A model generated the notes under the pieces. The model worked only from the letters and a program-made list of their open reading frames with translations, did not search any database and had not been told where the DNA came from. A DNA stretch of 64,000 bases from Phyllosticta citribraziliensis (lineage: Eukaryota), in the NCBI RefSeq assembly GCF_038025025.1, contig NW_027117345.1:1426001-1490000 (forward strand), given 5' to 3'. Shown piece after piece: positions 38,552 to 50,108 of this stretch. Made by a program: the position numbers and the translations under genes. Position 1 is the first letter of the stretch, and the number at the start of each line of letters is the position of its first letter.

Positions 38552-39712
38552 TCACAGCCGCTTCATACGCGGCGGGGCCTGAGGTATTCGCGCTTCTCGC
38601 TTGGATTCGTCCTCGTCCTCGACATATTCATCCACCTCCATTGCGTCCGGGTCGTGCAGGCTGGCCAAGCCCCAGTCCAGCATCGGCTCGAAAAACTTCC
38701 TGCTCGACCGCACCAGCAGAGCCGCTTCCCCGCCATCAGCATCGCCGCGTCGCCGTTTCTTGCCCGGAGACATGCGCTGGACATCGTAGCAGAGGATACC
38801 TGGGCCGCCGTCGCCCTCCTGGTAGTGGTCATGTTCACCGTGGCTCGTCGGCTTGGGCTTGGAAGACTGGTCGCCACCCATCATCATGGTGTCGGCAAGG
38901 CGCTGGGCAAACGCTGGAGTGACATGCCCCTGGATCTCGACTTTCTTGATGCCGCGCAGCTGCGCAAGCGGCTCGAGCACGAACTGGTAGAGGCAGGCGG
39001 CGACTGATGCTGGGCCTGGCGCCGCTGGTCGGAACTCCCAGTATAAATCGCCGGTGTTGAGCAAGACGAAGCTCCCATAAGAAAACTCGCCGCAAATGAG
39101 CGTTGCCGTGAATTCTTGCAGGCCATGTTGCTGCTGCTGAGGCGATGGTGGCGAGTCCCCAGGCGGTGCTCCTGCTCCATCATCAAAGCCGCTAACGGCT
39201 TCCGCGAGCCACGTCTGCACGCGGTGGTACGAGTCTGGCCGGCGAATGTCTTCTTCGATGCGGATCGAGACGCTGCGCATGCGGCGCAGAGCTGACGACG
39301 GAAAGATGCGGAGCGTATTGATGGGAAGGCCGCGCGCGTACGGCTTGTTGAGGGACTGAGGGTTGAACGAGTACCACATGCGCTCCCGGCTGGTCATGGA
39401 AAAGTGGAAGCGGTTGGTGCCGTAGAGAATGTCTGCGGCCTCATCATGGGTAAGGCGACAGACGAGCAGGATGGACAGCCATAGTCCGCCGACGGCGCGG
39501 ATGCCGGGCTCCCAAAAGTGACCGGGAACGGGTGCTCCTTTGTTGGACTTGCGTGTAATAGGGTGGATGAAAATGTCCGTGTTGCGAGGCAGCAGATGGG
39601 AATAGATGAGAAGACGGATCTCGGAGGGGAGGTTGAGAAGAGGGCTCTGCCGCTGGATGTGGTCTACATCCTCCTCCGCTGGCGACCTTGGTGTTGATAG
39701 CGGAAATGGCAT
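38552..39712 (-). CDS. Hypothetical protein with N-terminal F-box-like motif, intronless
   Basis: 386-aa ORF; QSPLLNLPSEIRLLIYSHLL...ILLVCRLTHDEAADILYGTNRFHF is typical of fungal F-box-like proteins. Confidence 0.78.
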   Translation of the reverse strand: MPFPLSTPRSPAEEDVDHIQRQSPLLNLPSEIRLLIYSHLLPRNTDIFIHPITRKSNKGAPVPGHFWEPGIRAVGGLWLSILLVCRLTHDEAADILYGTNRFHFSMTSRERMWYSFNPQSLNKPYARGLPINTLRIFPSSALRRMRSVSIRIEEDIRRPDSYHRVQTWLAEAVSGFDDGAGAPPGDSPPSPQQQQHGLQEFTATLICGEFSYGSFVLLNTGDLYWEFRPAAPGPASVAACLYQFVLEPLAQLRGIKKVEIQGHVTPAFAQRLADTMMMGGDQSSKPKPTSHGEHDHYQEGDGGPGILCYDVQRMSPGKKRRRGDADGGEAALLVRSSRKFFEPMLDWGLASLHDPDAMEVDEYVEDEDESKREARIPQAPPRMKRL

Positions 39713-41579
39713 TGATGGGGAAACATGCTAGGCGCCCCCTCAAACGGATATTGACGAGGCTGAAAAGGAGATGGAGATTGACAGCTGAGTGGAAGGAGAG
39801 TGGCTTTGATGAGACATGTTATGAGCGGGAAACGCGCGGGAGGAGGCAGGGCAGAAGCAACGCCGACGCGTAAGGCTTTTACAAGACAAGAAAAGGTACG
39901 CCTGGAACAAGGACTGGGTAGCCGTCAGGCTGCATGCCACGGACAGGGCAGGGCAGCGTATTCACCTTAGTGAAGTGGGAGAGGGGGGAAGCCAGGTGTG
40001 GTCAGGTAGACACGACGGACGGACGGTGTGGGCCGCCCGAGTGCCGGTGGGCGCGGCGCGGCAACCTGTCAAGGCTACCCTGACCGGAGACACAGACGTC
40101 GAAGTCTGTGGCGCAAAATTCTCCACGCCTCGCCTCCGCCGTCCATGATCAATTGCATCTTGATGGTTGCACTCGCAAGCCACGGCGACATTGCTGTCAG
40201 CACGAGCAAACGTCCAACTGGTCCGTTTTGGTCGTCCGCAACTAGCCGCCGAATCCTCACCACCTCCACCCCACCGCCATTGGACTGTCCCGATTCACGA
40301 GACCAGGCAAGACTCACTCGGAATTCCCATGATTGCCGCCCTGGGATGAATTTCCTCTTTGGGTCGCCATTAGCGAAAGCCCATTCCTCTTTGATTTCTG
40401 CATCTCTGGTACTTTGAAGGCTCTTTGCCCTCGTCTCCGTTGCTAGACCAAAGCACACGAGCTCCCGCATGTTGGCGGCAATACTCGATCCAATGATTGA
40501 CTATAATCGTCCCCGAGAGACTCGCCAAAAGTGAATGCCAAGCGGCTGTGCGTGGCCCGCGTGGTCTTCGGCAGTTGAGGGTGTCCAGTTTTGATCACCT
40601 GGGATTGCTTGCCGACTTTTGTATCCAATCGGACGGGTACATGCCCTGCAAGACCTGCATGAGGCTCTTTTGGTGGTCTTTGGGTGGTTTGCTGACGCAT
40701 GAGCTCTGTCCAGACTGGCTCATCTAGACCTCTCAGGCCATCTCAATGGCAGGGCTCAGCTCGAATGCCTCTCAGCAACATATTGGCCCCTCAGATTGCC
40801 TCAAACTGTATCATATTGCCTGACACGTAACACAGGTCCTGTGGTCCTTGTTTGCCGTCTGCTTGCTCCGAGTCATCTCGTTGCCTTACTCTGACTGTGG
40901 GTTGGGCTCTCGGCCTGAGATGCTCAGAAGGACCCTATGACACCTCAGACACAATGCCGACAACAACGGCTGTGGATGGATGCGGTGCTGGATTTTGTCG
41001 CGCTCTGCTATAGTGGCAAATACCACGGCGAGTGGATCATTGTTGCCATTTGTAGAGAATAAGATGTGTCAAATCCCCTCGGCAACCTGGCGGAAAAGGT
41101 AGCATCACCAATCATCGTCCTGTCCTGTGTTGCTCCGGGTGTGCTGACCAGATCTCCGTGTTACCGGGCGCAACGACTCCAGGCACCAATCGAATACTCG
41201 TCTCTCGAGGCATGCTGCGACAACCTTCTCCTTAGCTCTATGCTGCAGCTTCTCCATACGCCCTTTGGAAATATCAATCGTGCTACATGGCAAGGAGAAG
41301 GGAGAAATGGAAAATCTTGTAACATGGAAGATCTGACAGATGAATCTATGGTCAGCATCGTATCTTAGTCTGTGTCATCTAGGGAGCCAGTCCAACCTCA
41401 GTGCCGAAAAGTGACCCTTTTAAGAAATCCTTCTCAAGGAGAGAGCAGTCAGAAAAGACATGGCATCGATAGTCCCGGGAAAAGTTGCCCATAAATGTGA
41501 GAAGGAAGGGTTTCCCGCTGCATGTACTCGGCAAACGTCAGGCGCTGCGGTTGTTGGTGACGAAACAGCACGCTCTTTC

Positions 41580-42146
41580 TCATAACTTGGCCAATGTCTC
41601 AATAAACATGATTTCTGCTGTAGCGAATACGGCACCAAGACCATCTTCTAGAGAGCTTGAGATGTAGATTTTCCGACCTTCTATTTTCTTGATTTTTGCA
41701 ACCGCCAAGGCGAAGCCAGGTGCTGGGAGGGGTTTCTTGTAGGAGACATTCAAGTACGCCGTGAAAGCTGTCAAGCCTACACTTGTGCCTGCCCTGTTGT
41801 CCACTTCTTTGGCGTTGGCAGTCAACAAGACGCCGGTGACTTCGTCGAGAAGGGTCGCAATCATGCCGCCATGACAGACGCCGGGAAATCCGCAGACGCC
41901 GTCGCCGAGCTGCAGAAACGAGCGAGCCTCGCGGATCGGGCAGGAGGGGTAATCCCCAGGCACGCGATGTTGAGTGATCCATGCTCGGACGGTACGCTGA
42001 GACTGGAGGGTCTCGGCTATGAAGGAGTCCTCGGTGGTGGGTTTGGGGGTCCGCGAGTCGGTTGGAATCAGCTCGAAATCGGGGTCAGCGAGAAGCTTGG
42101 CGGACCAGGGGATCTGGAGGAAGAGGGCGAGGTCGGACGAAGCCAT
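41580..42146 (-). CDS. Hotdog-fold acyl-CoA thioesterase (PaaI/THEM4-like), peroxisomal (C-terminal AKL)
   Basis: GDGVCGFPGVCHGGMIATLLDE; TAYLNVSYKKP; EGRKIYI; ends -AKL. Confidence 0.88.
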   Translation of the reverse strand: MASSDLALFLQIPWSAKLLADPDFELIPTDSRTPKPTTEDSFIAETLQSQRTVRAWITQHRVPGDYPSCPIREARSFLQLGDGVCGFPGVCHGGMIATLLDEVTGVLLTANAKEVDNRAGTSVGLTAFTAYLNVSYKKPLPAPGFALAVAKIKKIEGRKIYISSSLEDGLGAVFATAEIMFIETLAKL

Positions 42147-42529
42147 TGCGGAGGGCACGGCGGGAGTGAGCAGATGTCGACATGATGTTTTGTAAATGTA
42201 GGGTGATGGTTGGACAGCGGGGTGGCTTTTGCCGAGGCCGACAGCCCGTTTGGGCGCCTCCGTCGGCTAGCGGGACCCCCGCCATGGCTTGATCCATTTC
42301 AACTCCTGCTACATACCCACTCGTTGATGCATTGAGCGAGCCTGCATTCTCGAGACCTGGCCCGGAGCCGTTCATGTTATGCTGCCTTCGAGCCCGCAGT
42401 CTTTTGCCAACGGGATCCGCTCTGACCCAAGCCACCTTGGCGGCCGCCCGCTGACAGAGACAGTCGCCTCTCGTCAGCAACTCTGAACCTCTCCGCCAAC
42501 GCGCACACACATCTTTCACAGTCGAATAC

Positions 42530-43402
42530 ATGCGGATCTCTTCGTCTGCCGCCGCGCCCTATCTTCATCTGAAGTCCGTCCTCATGGCGACCTCATATTC
42601 ATCAGCCTCCACATCATCATCGGCTTCGGTCATGACCTCGACGTCGTCCGATGAAGACACGACCATGAGCGATGTTGAACAATCTGATTCGCAACAACCA
42701 CTGCCCAGCACTCTCCATCGACTGCCACTCGAGCTGCGCGAGAAGATATATGAATACGCCTTACGCTCAAGCACCACAATATGGTGGCCACCCAACAACT
42801 CCACCCTGCCCGTGCCAGGAGCAGCAACCGCGCTGCTCACCACCAGCCACACCATCTACGCCGAAGCCGCCCCTATCCTCTACGCCTGCAACCGTCTCCT
42901 CTTTGTCCATCCCTCCGACGCCAACATGTTTGTCCACCTGACATCGCCCGACTACTCGCGCTGCGTCACCAACGTGTGCCTGCGAATCCGAGACCGAGAT
43001 GTGCGCCTCTGGTCATCCTATCTCGGCAGCGCTCTGCTCTACCGCAGCCTACAACACGACTTTCCACGCCTCAAGTCGTTGTGGATCTTTTTCCGAAGTA
43101 GCTTTTGGTCGCCACGCGCTCAGGACCTTAGTGAATCGTTCAGGCGATGGCTCGAGGACCCGGCTCTGCGCGAAATTTGCACACACTTGGAGGACCGCGT
43201 GCCTAAGAGCGCTGATGTACGGCTGGTTTGCGTGCACAGGGTTCCGCGCGAACACATTCATATGCTGGCGCAGGAAGTCGGCGAGGACTTGACCATTACC
43301 AAAACTGGCACTGGGGAAGCGAGGACCGCGTTCAGGAAGATGAGCAAGATCGTCAATGTGGCCCTGGAGCTTGCACCAATTGACCCTGTTGCGCTCATGT
43401 GA
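42530..43402 (+). CDS. Hypothetical protein with F-box-like motif, intronless
   Basis: LHRLPLELREKIYEYAL...LLTTSHTIYAEAAPILYACNRL; the start could be 42530 or a nearby downstream ATG. Confidence 0.78.
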   Translation: MRISSSAAAPYLHLKSVLMATSYSSASTSSSASVMTSTSSDEDTTMSDVEQSDSQQPLPSTLHRLPLELREKIYEYALRSSTTIWWPPNNSTLPVPGAATALLTTSHTIYAEAAPILYACNRLLFVHPSDANMFVHLTSPDYSRCVTNVCLRIRDRDVRLWSSYLGSALLYRSLQHDFPRLKSLWIFFRSSFWSPRAQDLSESFRRWLEDPALREICTHLEDRVPKSADVRLVCVHRVPREHIHMLAQEVGEDLTITKTGTGEARTAFRKMSKIVNVALELAPIDPVALM

Positions 43403-46400
43403 GGTTTGATTTGTTGGTCTGCACGGTCATAGCGAGCGGTCGGTTCTTGGTATGTTTCGACTCAACTGGCCCATTCATTCTGGTCTTACTTTCCCTTTGT
43501 CTTGTGTCAAAAAGGACGCGGTACGCGGATGGAGTTTGGCGTCATCGCGGAAAATTTCTTTTTCGCTTGGTCTTTTCCGAAAATACCCAAAGTTGCAGGA
43601 GGAGCGTCGCAAAATCTTTCTATCATTCTTTTTCCATCACATCACTAATTAGAGACAATACGCCCTTTGTTCCAGACTTGGGACTCTGGCACTGCACACT
43701 GCAAAGCCATTCTGCAAAAGAACCGCGTGGGATAGCGCCGAAGAAGATCATGTCGGATTTGTCCACACTGCAGCCTCGATCCCTTGCCTCTGCATGCTGA
43801 ACAAGAGCCGTGCCGCCCACGAAACCGGCACTGGAGCTACCATGGCAACAGGGAACCTGCTGTACTGGCAGAGGTTCAAAGTCGCTCACTTCTTCAATCC
43901 CGGAAGTCCCGGAAGACATTAAGCTCATGCAGTACTCGTGATGATGGTCGACACCGCCGCAGATCCACAGCCAACTCCGACATGACTGAATCATGATTGA
44001 TGGCGGCTGACTCTTACCTCTCTCACGCAGCACTCATCAGACGGCCATCAACCTGCTCAAATACCCATAGTCGGCTCCGCATCTCGTTCTCATTAGCTCC
44101 ACTGACTGTTCTGGCGCGCGTTGGGGCCGAGTCTGGGTCTTTTCGTGCGGAACATGACATCCATCACTTTTGCCACTTGCAACAGACGACTGGAGTGTGT
44201 AAATGGCTTTGGCATGACGACAGGCGGCGGGGATGTGGCTTAGGTGTGTGGTGTTGAAGTGTAGTGGCGCGAGACCAGATATGCGTGCGCCTCGTCGTGG
44301 AGGGGCTACTCAAAATGCCGGCAATATCGGAGCAACGACGTTTTGAGACTTGCAAAAGGGAAGGCAATACCGATCCCGGAACACTGTTGGACCTGGATAG
44401 TGCCTGGATTCTTCTGGCGGGAGGCTGCAGTGCAGCTGGTTGCGTCCATTTTTGTCCAGCAAGCACACACCATCAGGACTCGCCGAGCCACACCTCGCCC
44501 TGTATCTTGCGCAAAGCCCGCACGTCAATTGGACGGCATGGTTAGGTTTCGACTTCCTTTTTTCAAAAACTTGGTCCAAGAGTATAGTATATGCCTGACT
44601 TAGTATATGCCTGACGTTGCTGCAGCCTCCCGCGAGCTGGCCATCGCCGACGCTGCGCAGCCATCCGTGCGTCTGTATCGACCCGAGACCAATTAAGCTT
44701 CTAGGCCCGTTCCCGGGCTCATCACAGCTGAATTTGCTGCGCGAGTTGGGCTTCGTTGGAGTACATGGCACGTCGTCTTGAAAATAATCGGCGGCATTCG
44801 CCGCTCTGAGACTTTGAGGGCTGGCTGCTCAGCTGGGTCACTGAAGCAGTTGGACATGTTGGTCTTTTTTTGCCACGCGCAAGTTTGGTGTCTCTGGCAG
44901 CTGAGAAATCAGTTGCGCTTTGCCAAGCGACGTTGGCCCAGAATGTGCATTGTCCTGTCTGTCATGATTGGCATTGTGAAGTGATCAGTCAATCCGAGGC
45001 GAAGAGGGTCTATGTTAGGCCCAGAAACTCGAAGACTGTGGAACGCAGGGGTCGTGACAGGCAACTAGCGGAAACCGGAGGATTCGTCTGGGACGTGGAC
45101 GGGACGGCGTAATGAGGACCAAAGGGTTCCGTGATAGAGAACTCGGACCAGGCCTGGAGCCATGGTCAACATTCAGGTTGTCCAAGCCGAGGAAATCCTC
45201 AAGGGAGGTTGGCAAGGAAGCTGGGACGCTGCATCATTGCCACGGGCGTCTGGTTGCAGACATTGAAGCCTTGAGGCGTGGGCCGGAATCAATTCCAGGA
45301 AAAGATTGTTGGGTATTCATTCTGTAATTTGCAGCGTGTTTCTCGTACATGCAGCCATCCGTCAGTGCCGTGTCAAGGCCGGAGAGGCGAACAATTCGCC
45401 AAGGAAACATAGAGAGCCACGAATCGAGTGGGTACAGGAAGCTAGCCAGATGCAGTGGCTGAGCAATAGTGGTTTTGGACGTCCTTGTCGACGCATCAGG
45501 ATAGACAAGATATCGTGGGAAGAGCAGAAGGGTGGTGTTGTGGTTGAGCTCGCCTAGCCATGGCGGCCCGCAGCCAACCGAAACCATTCGCTCGCGCCTT
45601 CGCCTGCCTGGCCGCCCAAACCAAACCTCTCAACTTCATCCTCGGTCTCTACGCGCCTCCGTCAGCAAACTATTGCACGCACTCGTTTGATCAAGCCACT
45701 GGATAAACCGCTGACGCTGATCTCTCATACTGTACCTTGACCTGTCCGGACCCAATCATTTCATGCTCTCACGCTGCGGTGGAGTTATTAGGTTTCCAGA
45801 ACAGCACAACTGGTCATCATCAATTTACTACGCCATTGGGGGCTTCTGATTCATCAAGATGGCCTGACTCGCCATTATCCGAGCTCATTGGTCAATAGCT
45901 GAACACCAAGAAAAGTGAAAGAGTTTTGATCAGAGTCGAATGCGCTTCGAGACACTGTCTTTTCTCGTCATCATTCCGCGGCGACCTGCTGGATTCACCC
46001 ATGGGTGGTGGTAATCTAAGGGCCAAGAGACTGGGAATGGATCCTCTTTCGACAATCGCCTCTGGGCTCCTTGAAAGCGTGGCCACCACGTGCCTGGGTT
46101 GTCGACAGCAGATCATCGAGAATCTGGACCTCGTTCCAGCCTCAGCGAGCGTTGTACCGAGTGTGTGTTTTCATGTGCTTGAAAACCTCGAAACAAAATC
46201 AGCTGTGAGTACAAATCATGGAGGGAACTGTCGGCATGCAAGAACGTTTCCCAGGTCCAGAACTACGGCGTACAGTGCACAACTGGGCGCCCGAATTAGG
46301 ATCAGAGGCGCCACAATTGCCAGTTTAAGGCAAGTCGTCAGGAATAGCCTGTCGAGATGCTGCCAGCATGAGCTAGGGCTGTTGGCTTGCAAGGCGCGGC

Positions 46401-46735
46401 CTTTGGCGTTGCCATCAAGCCAACGGCACCTCGACTTGCCATAGCCGCCTTCGGTACATGCGGAATGAAGCTACACGGGTACATAATGTCGTAGGCTGCC
46501 GTTTGCTGCAATTCTCCCACGCTCCACGCTCCTACTCTCTCTTTGGCGCTTACCAATCTGCCACCGGCTTCACGCCCTTGGCTCAGTCTTTCATTCAAAC
46601 TACTCGCCTACAGCCCTCACTTGTTGGTATTGAGTAGATTGCAATCCACGTTTCTATTCTTGCAAGTCCGATCAATCGCCATACCACCTTCATCCAGTAG
46701 ATTTCACGGAATTTTGTTTCGTCGCTACCCTCGCC

Positions 46736-49501
46736 ATGGGTCTCAAGAACTTCCTCAACTCGAAGTCGGCGAAGGAGGAGAACAAGCAACCCGAGGTCAC
46801 CAATGAGAAGCAAGAAGAGGTGACCAATGAGAAGACTCAGGAAGCCACTGCTCCGGCTTCTGCAGCCAACTCTGTCCCGCAAAGCCCAACTTTTTCAAAC
46901 GCCACAACCCCCTATGGCTCCCGGCCGCCTTCGATCCGCAACTCGGCGTTCTGTGAAATGAATGACATCAAGTGCGATGTCATGGTCAACTGGCTTCACT
47001 CCCAACAGGAGGAGAAGCTGTGGTGCACGGGAGAGCCCGAAGAGGGTGTCGTTCTCAAGAAGTCCCGGGGCGAGTACGCTTGCTGCCCCTCTGAGTTGGC
47101 AGACGAGTCCAATGGCTTCCTCAAGGCCATTGAGGAGCTCAATGTCAGGGTATGTCAGAATTCCTCGCATCTCTTCGACTCGTCTAACAGATCACCAGGC
47201 GGCCATGACTGTCAACACGCGTGTCATCAAGATTCTGCTCCACAACAACAACCTTCCATTCATCGAGATCGAGAAGGGTCTGCGCGTTCAGGTCCTTCCT
47301 GACATCACTTTCCTGCCCCGTTGCCAGAAGCATCAGTTTGCTGCCTTCATTGCCGACCGTGGCATTTTGGTCGTGTGGGAGGACTTGCCAAAGAAGCTCC
47401 TCGAACGCGTGAGCAGCATCGAATCTGCCCTCATGGACATGATATGGAAGGATAACGACGAAGAGGATGACGACGAGAAGAAGGAGGCTACGGCCGAGGT
47501 CAAGGAGATTGAGGATGCCGAGTCTGGCGAAGAGAAGCCCCGTCAGACCATGCTCCAGCAGACCATCATGACTGGCGTCACTGTTTTCCTTGTCACCTGG
47601 GCGGTGGGAGGTTGCTTTCGCCAGATTGCCATTCAAACTAAGATCGACAAGAACTACATGCGTTGTGCGTTTGTACTTGCCATCTTTCCCGTCATTTGGC
47701 TCTCTATCGTAAGTAGTGTTTCTCTCGATTGCGAACGCTGCTAACCTGCTTGCAGTTCTTCTTCCAGTCTTTCGTCGGTGACGTTGCTCAACTGATCGGC
47801 CCTGTCAGCCAAGTCCACAAGAACACAAAGTACTTTTCCGGTATTGCTCCTCGCCGTCTCAACCGCGACCGTGGCGCTCTTCCCCACGTCACCATTCAGT
47901 GCCCCGTCTACAAGGAGGGCTTGCACTCCGTCATTGCGCCCACCGTCCGGTCTATCAAGGCTGCCATTTCGACCTACGAGATGCAGGGCGGCACGGCCAA
48001 CATCTTCATGAATGATGACGGTATGCAACTCGTCTCCGAAGAGGAAGCTCGCGCGCGCCAGGACTTTTACGACGAGCACAACATTGGCTGGGTCGCGCGT
48101 CCCAAGCACAACTCGAAGCCCGCTGAGGGCGAAGAGCTGTTCTTGCGCCGCGGCAAGTTCAAGAAGGCCTCGAACATGAACTACGCTCTTTGGGTCAGCA
48201 ACCGCGTCGAGGAGAAGCTCAATGCAGTTGCTCGCACGGAAGCCTGGACTGTCGAGGACGAGGCCAATGCCTATCGCAGCGCCTTGACCGAGGTCTGTGA
48301 AGAGGATGAGGGACGCACCTGGGCCGATGGCAACATCCGCATGGGTGACTACATTCTCCTGATTGACTCGGACACTCGTGTGCCCAAGGACTGCTTCCTC
48401 GACGCCGTCAGCGAGATGGAGCAAGCGCCCCAGGTCGGCATCATTCAATACTCTTCTGGTGTCATGAACGTCACGGACAGCTTCTTTGAGCGCGGCATCA
48501 CCTACTTCACCAACCTCGTCTACACCCAGATTCGCTACGCTGTCGCCTGCGGTGACGTTGCGCCTTTTGTCGGTCACAACGCCTGGCTCCGCTGGTCCGC
48601 TGTTCAAACCATTGCCTACGACTGCGAGCTCGACGGACGCGAGAAGTACTGGAGCGAGGAAACCGTGTCCGAGGACTTTGACATGTCGCTGCGTCTGCAA
48701 ACCGAAGGCTACATCGTGCGTCTGGGCGCCTACACGGGCGGCGGCTACGAAGAGGGCGTCTCGCTGACGGTCTACGACGAGCTGGCGCGCTGGGAAAAGT
48801 ACGCATACGGGTGCTCGGAGCTCATCTTCTACCCGCTGTACCAGTGGCCGACGCGTGGACCCTTCACCAAGCTCTTCCGCAACTTCATGTGCTCCAACAT
48901 GCCGCTGCCGTCCAAGATCACCATCATGGCGTACATTGGCACCTACTACGCCATTGGCTCGGCCTGGATTCTGACGCTCGTAAACTACTTCATCATCGGC
49001 TGGCTCAACGGCTACTACGACCACGTTTACGTGCAGTCGTTCCGCATCTACTTTGCCATCATCGTCGTCTTCAGCGCGCTGGGCAACATTGCGCTGGGCG
49101 TGCTGCGGTACCGGACGGGCGAGAAGCCCCTCGTCCCGGCCCTCATCGAGTGCTTCAAGTGGCTGCCGCTGATGAACTGCTTCCTGGGCGGGCTGTCGAT
49201 GCACGTGTCGCAGGCGCTGCTGTGCCATCTCTTCAGCATCGACATGTCGTGGGGCGCGACGTCCAAGGAGGCCGAAAACATCACCTTCTTCGAGGAGATC
49301 CCGCGCGTCCTCAAGCGCTTCAAGTGGACTTTCGTCATTTGCCTGTTGCTCATCGCCCTCATCATCTGCGGCGCCTGGGTCTTCCCATCCCTTTGGCAGA
49401 TTCGCGAGTTTGCTGCCTTTTTCCCCCTCCTCAACGTCGCCATCTGCCACTTGCTCCTGCCCATTGTCCTGAACCCCAACTTGATGCTGTTCACGTGGTA
49501 A
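46736..49501 (+). CDS. Membrane-integral family-2 glycosyltransferase (processive synthase-like)
   Basis: VTIQCPVYKE, NDDG, KKASNMN, LIDSD, VSEDF and ELARW motifs; multiple TM helices; introns 47150-47198 and 47709-47755. Confidence 0.9.
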
Positions 49502-50108
49502 GCAAAACGTCTTGACACGTGTACTTCATCATTGTTGGTTTGGTCTCGTCGTTCAGGTGTTCTTGGTGCTTTTGTTTGTGGCGTGGCATACCCAGAGTCT
49601 TGCAGAGGCGTTGCGGGAAAAATCCCAGAGAAAGGGGCGGCGGCCTGGTTGTTTGACATCTTTCTCTCCTTCATGATTTCCTACTGATGGTCTTGGATTT
49701 GATCACACGGACGATTCTTCTCTTTCGAATTGGCGTTTTCTCTCTCCCTGTTTTGGGTCGCAAAAGCGACCGTTGCGTGGTGGATGGATACATGGTCCCC
49801 ACCGTGGAGCGTAATTGTTTTCCGCCTCTAGATGTGCATATTTAGAGAAATAGAAAACTTCAAGTCTTTCCTTAAAATGAGAATGCGCCTCCTACCGCTC
49901 GTCTCGATTCAGGCTCGAAGAAGGTAAACAATATGCTCGAAGGAGAGTATATGGAGCAAGAAGGTCGAGAAAAACCAGACAAACAAACGTAGGTCTTGAT
50001 TTGTGCAGCGAGTCTTGAATACCTGTACAGAATAAATGACTTTTCGATGAAATTGTTACAGCTTGTCAGTCCAACCCATACATCTTACAAAGCGCACCTC
50101 TTCACCAT

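Noticed and set aside
44585..44615. 16-bp tandem duplication TAGTATATGCCTGACT as a transposon footprint
   Set aside because: There are no terminal repeats or transposase remnants nearby; replication slippage is a sufficient explanation.
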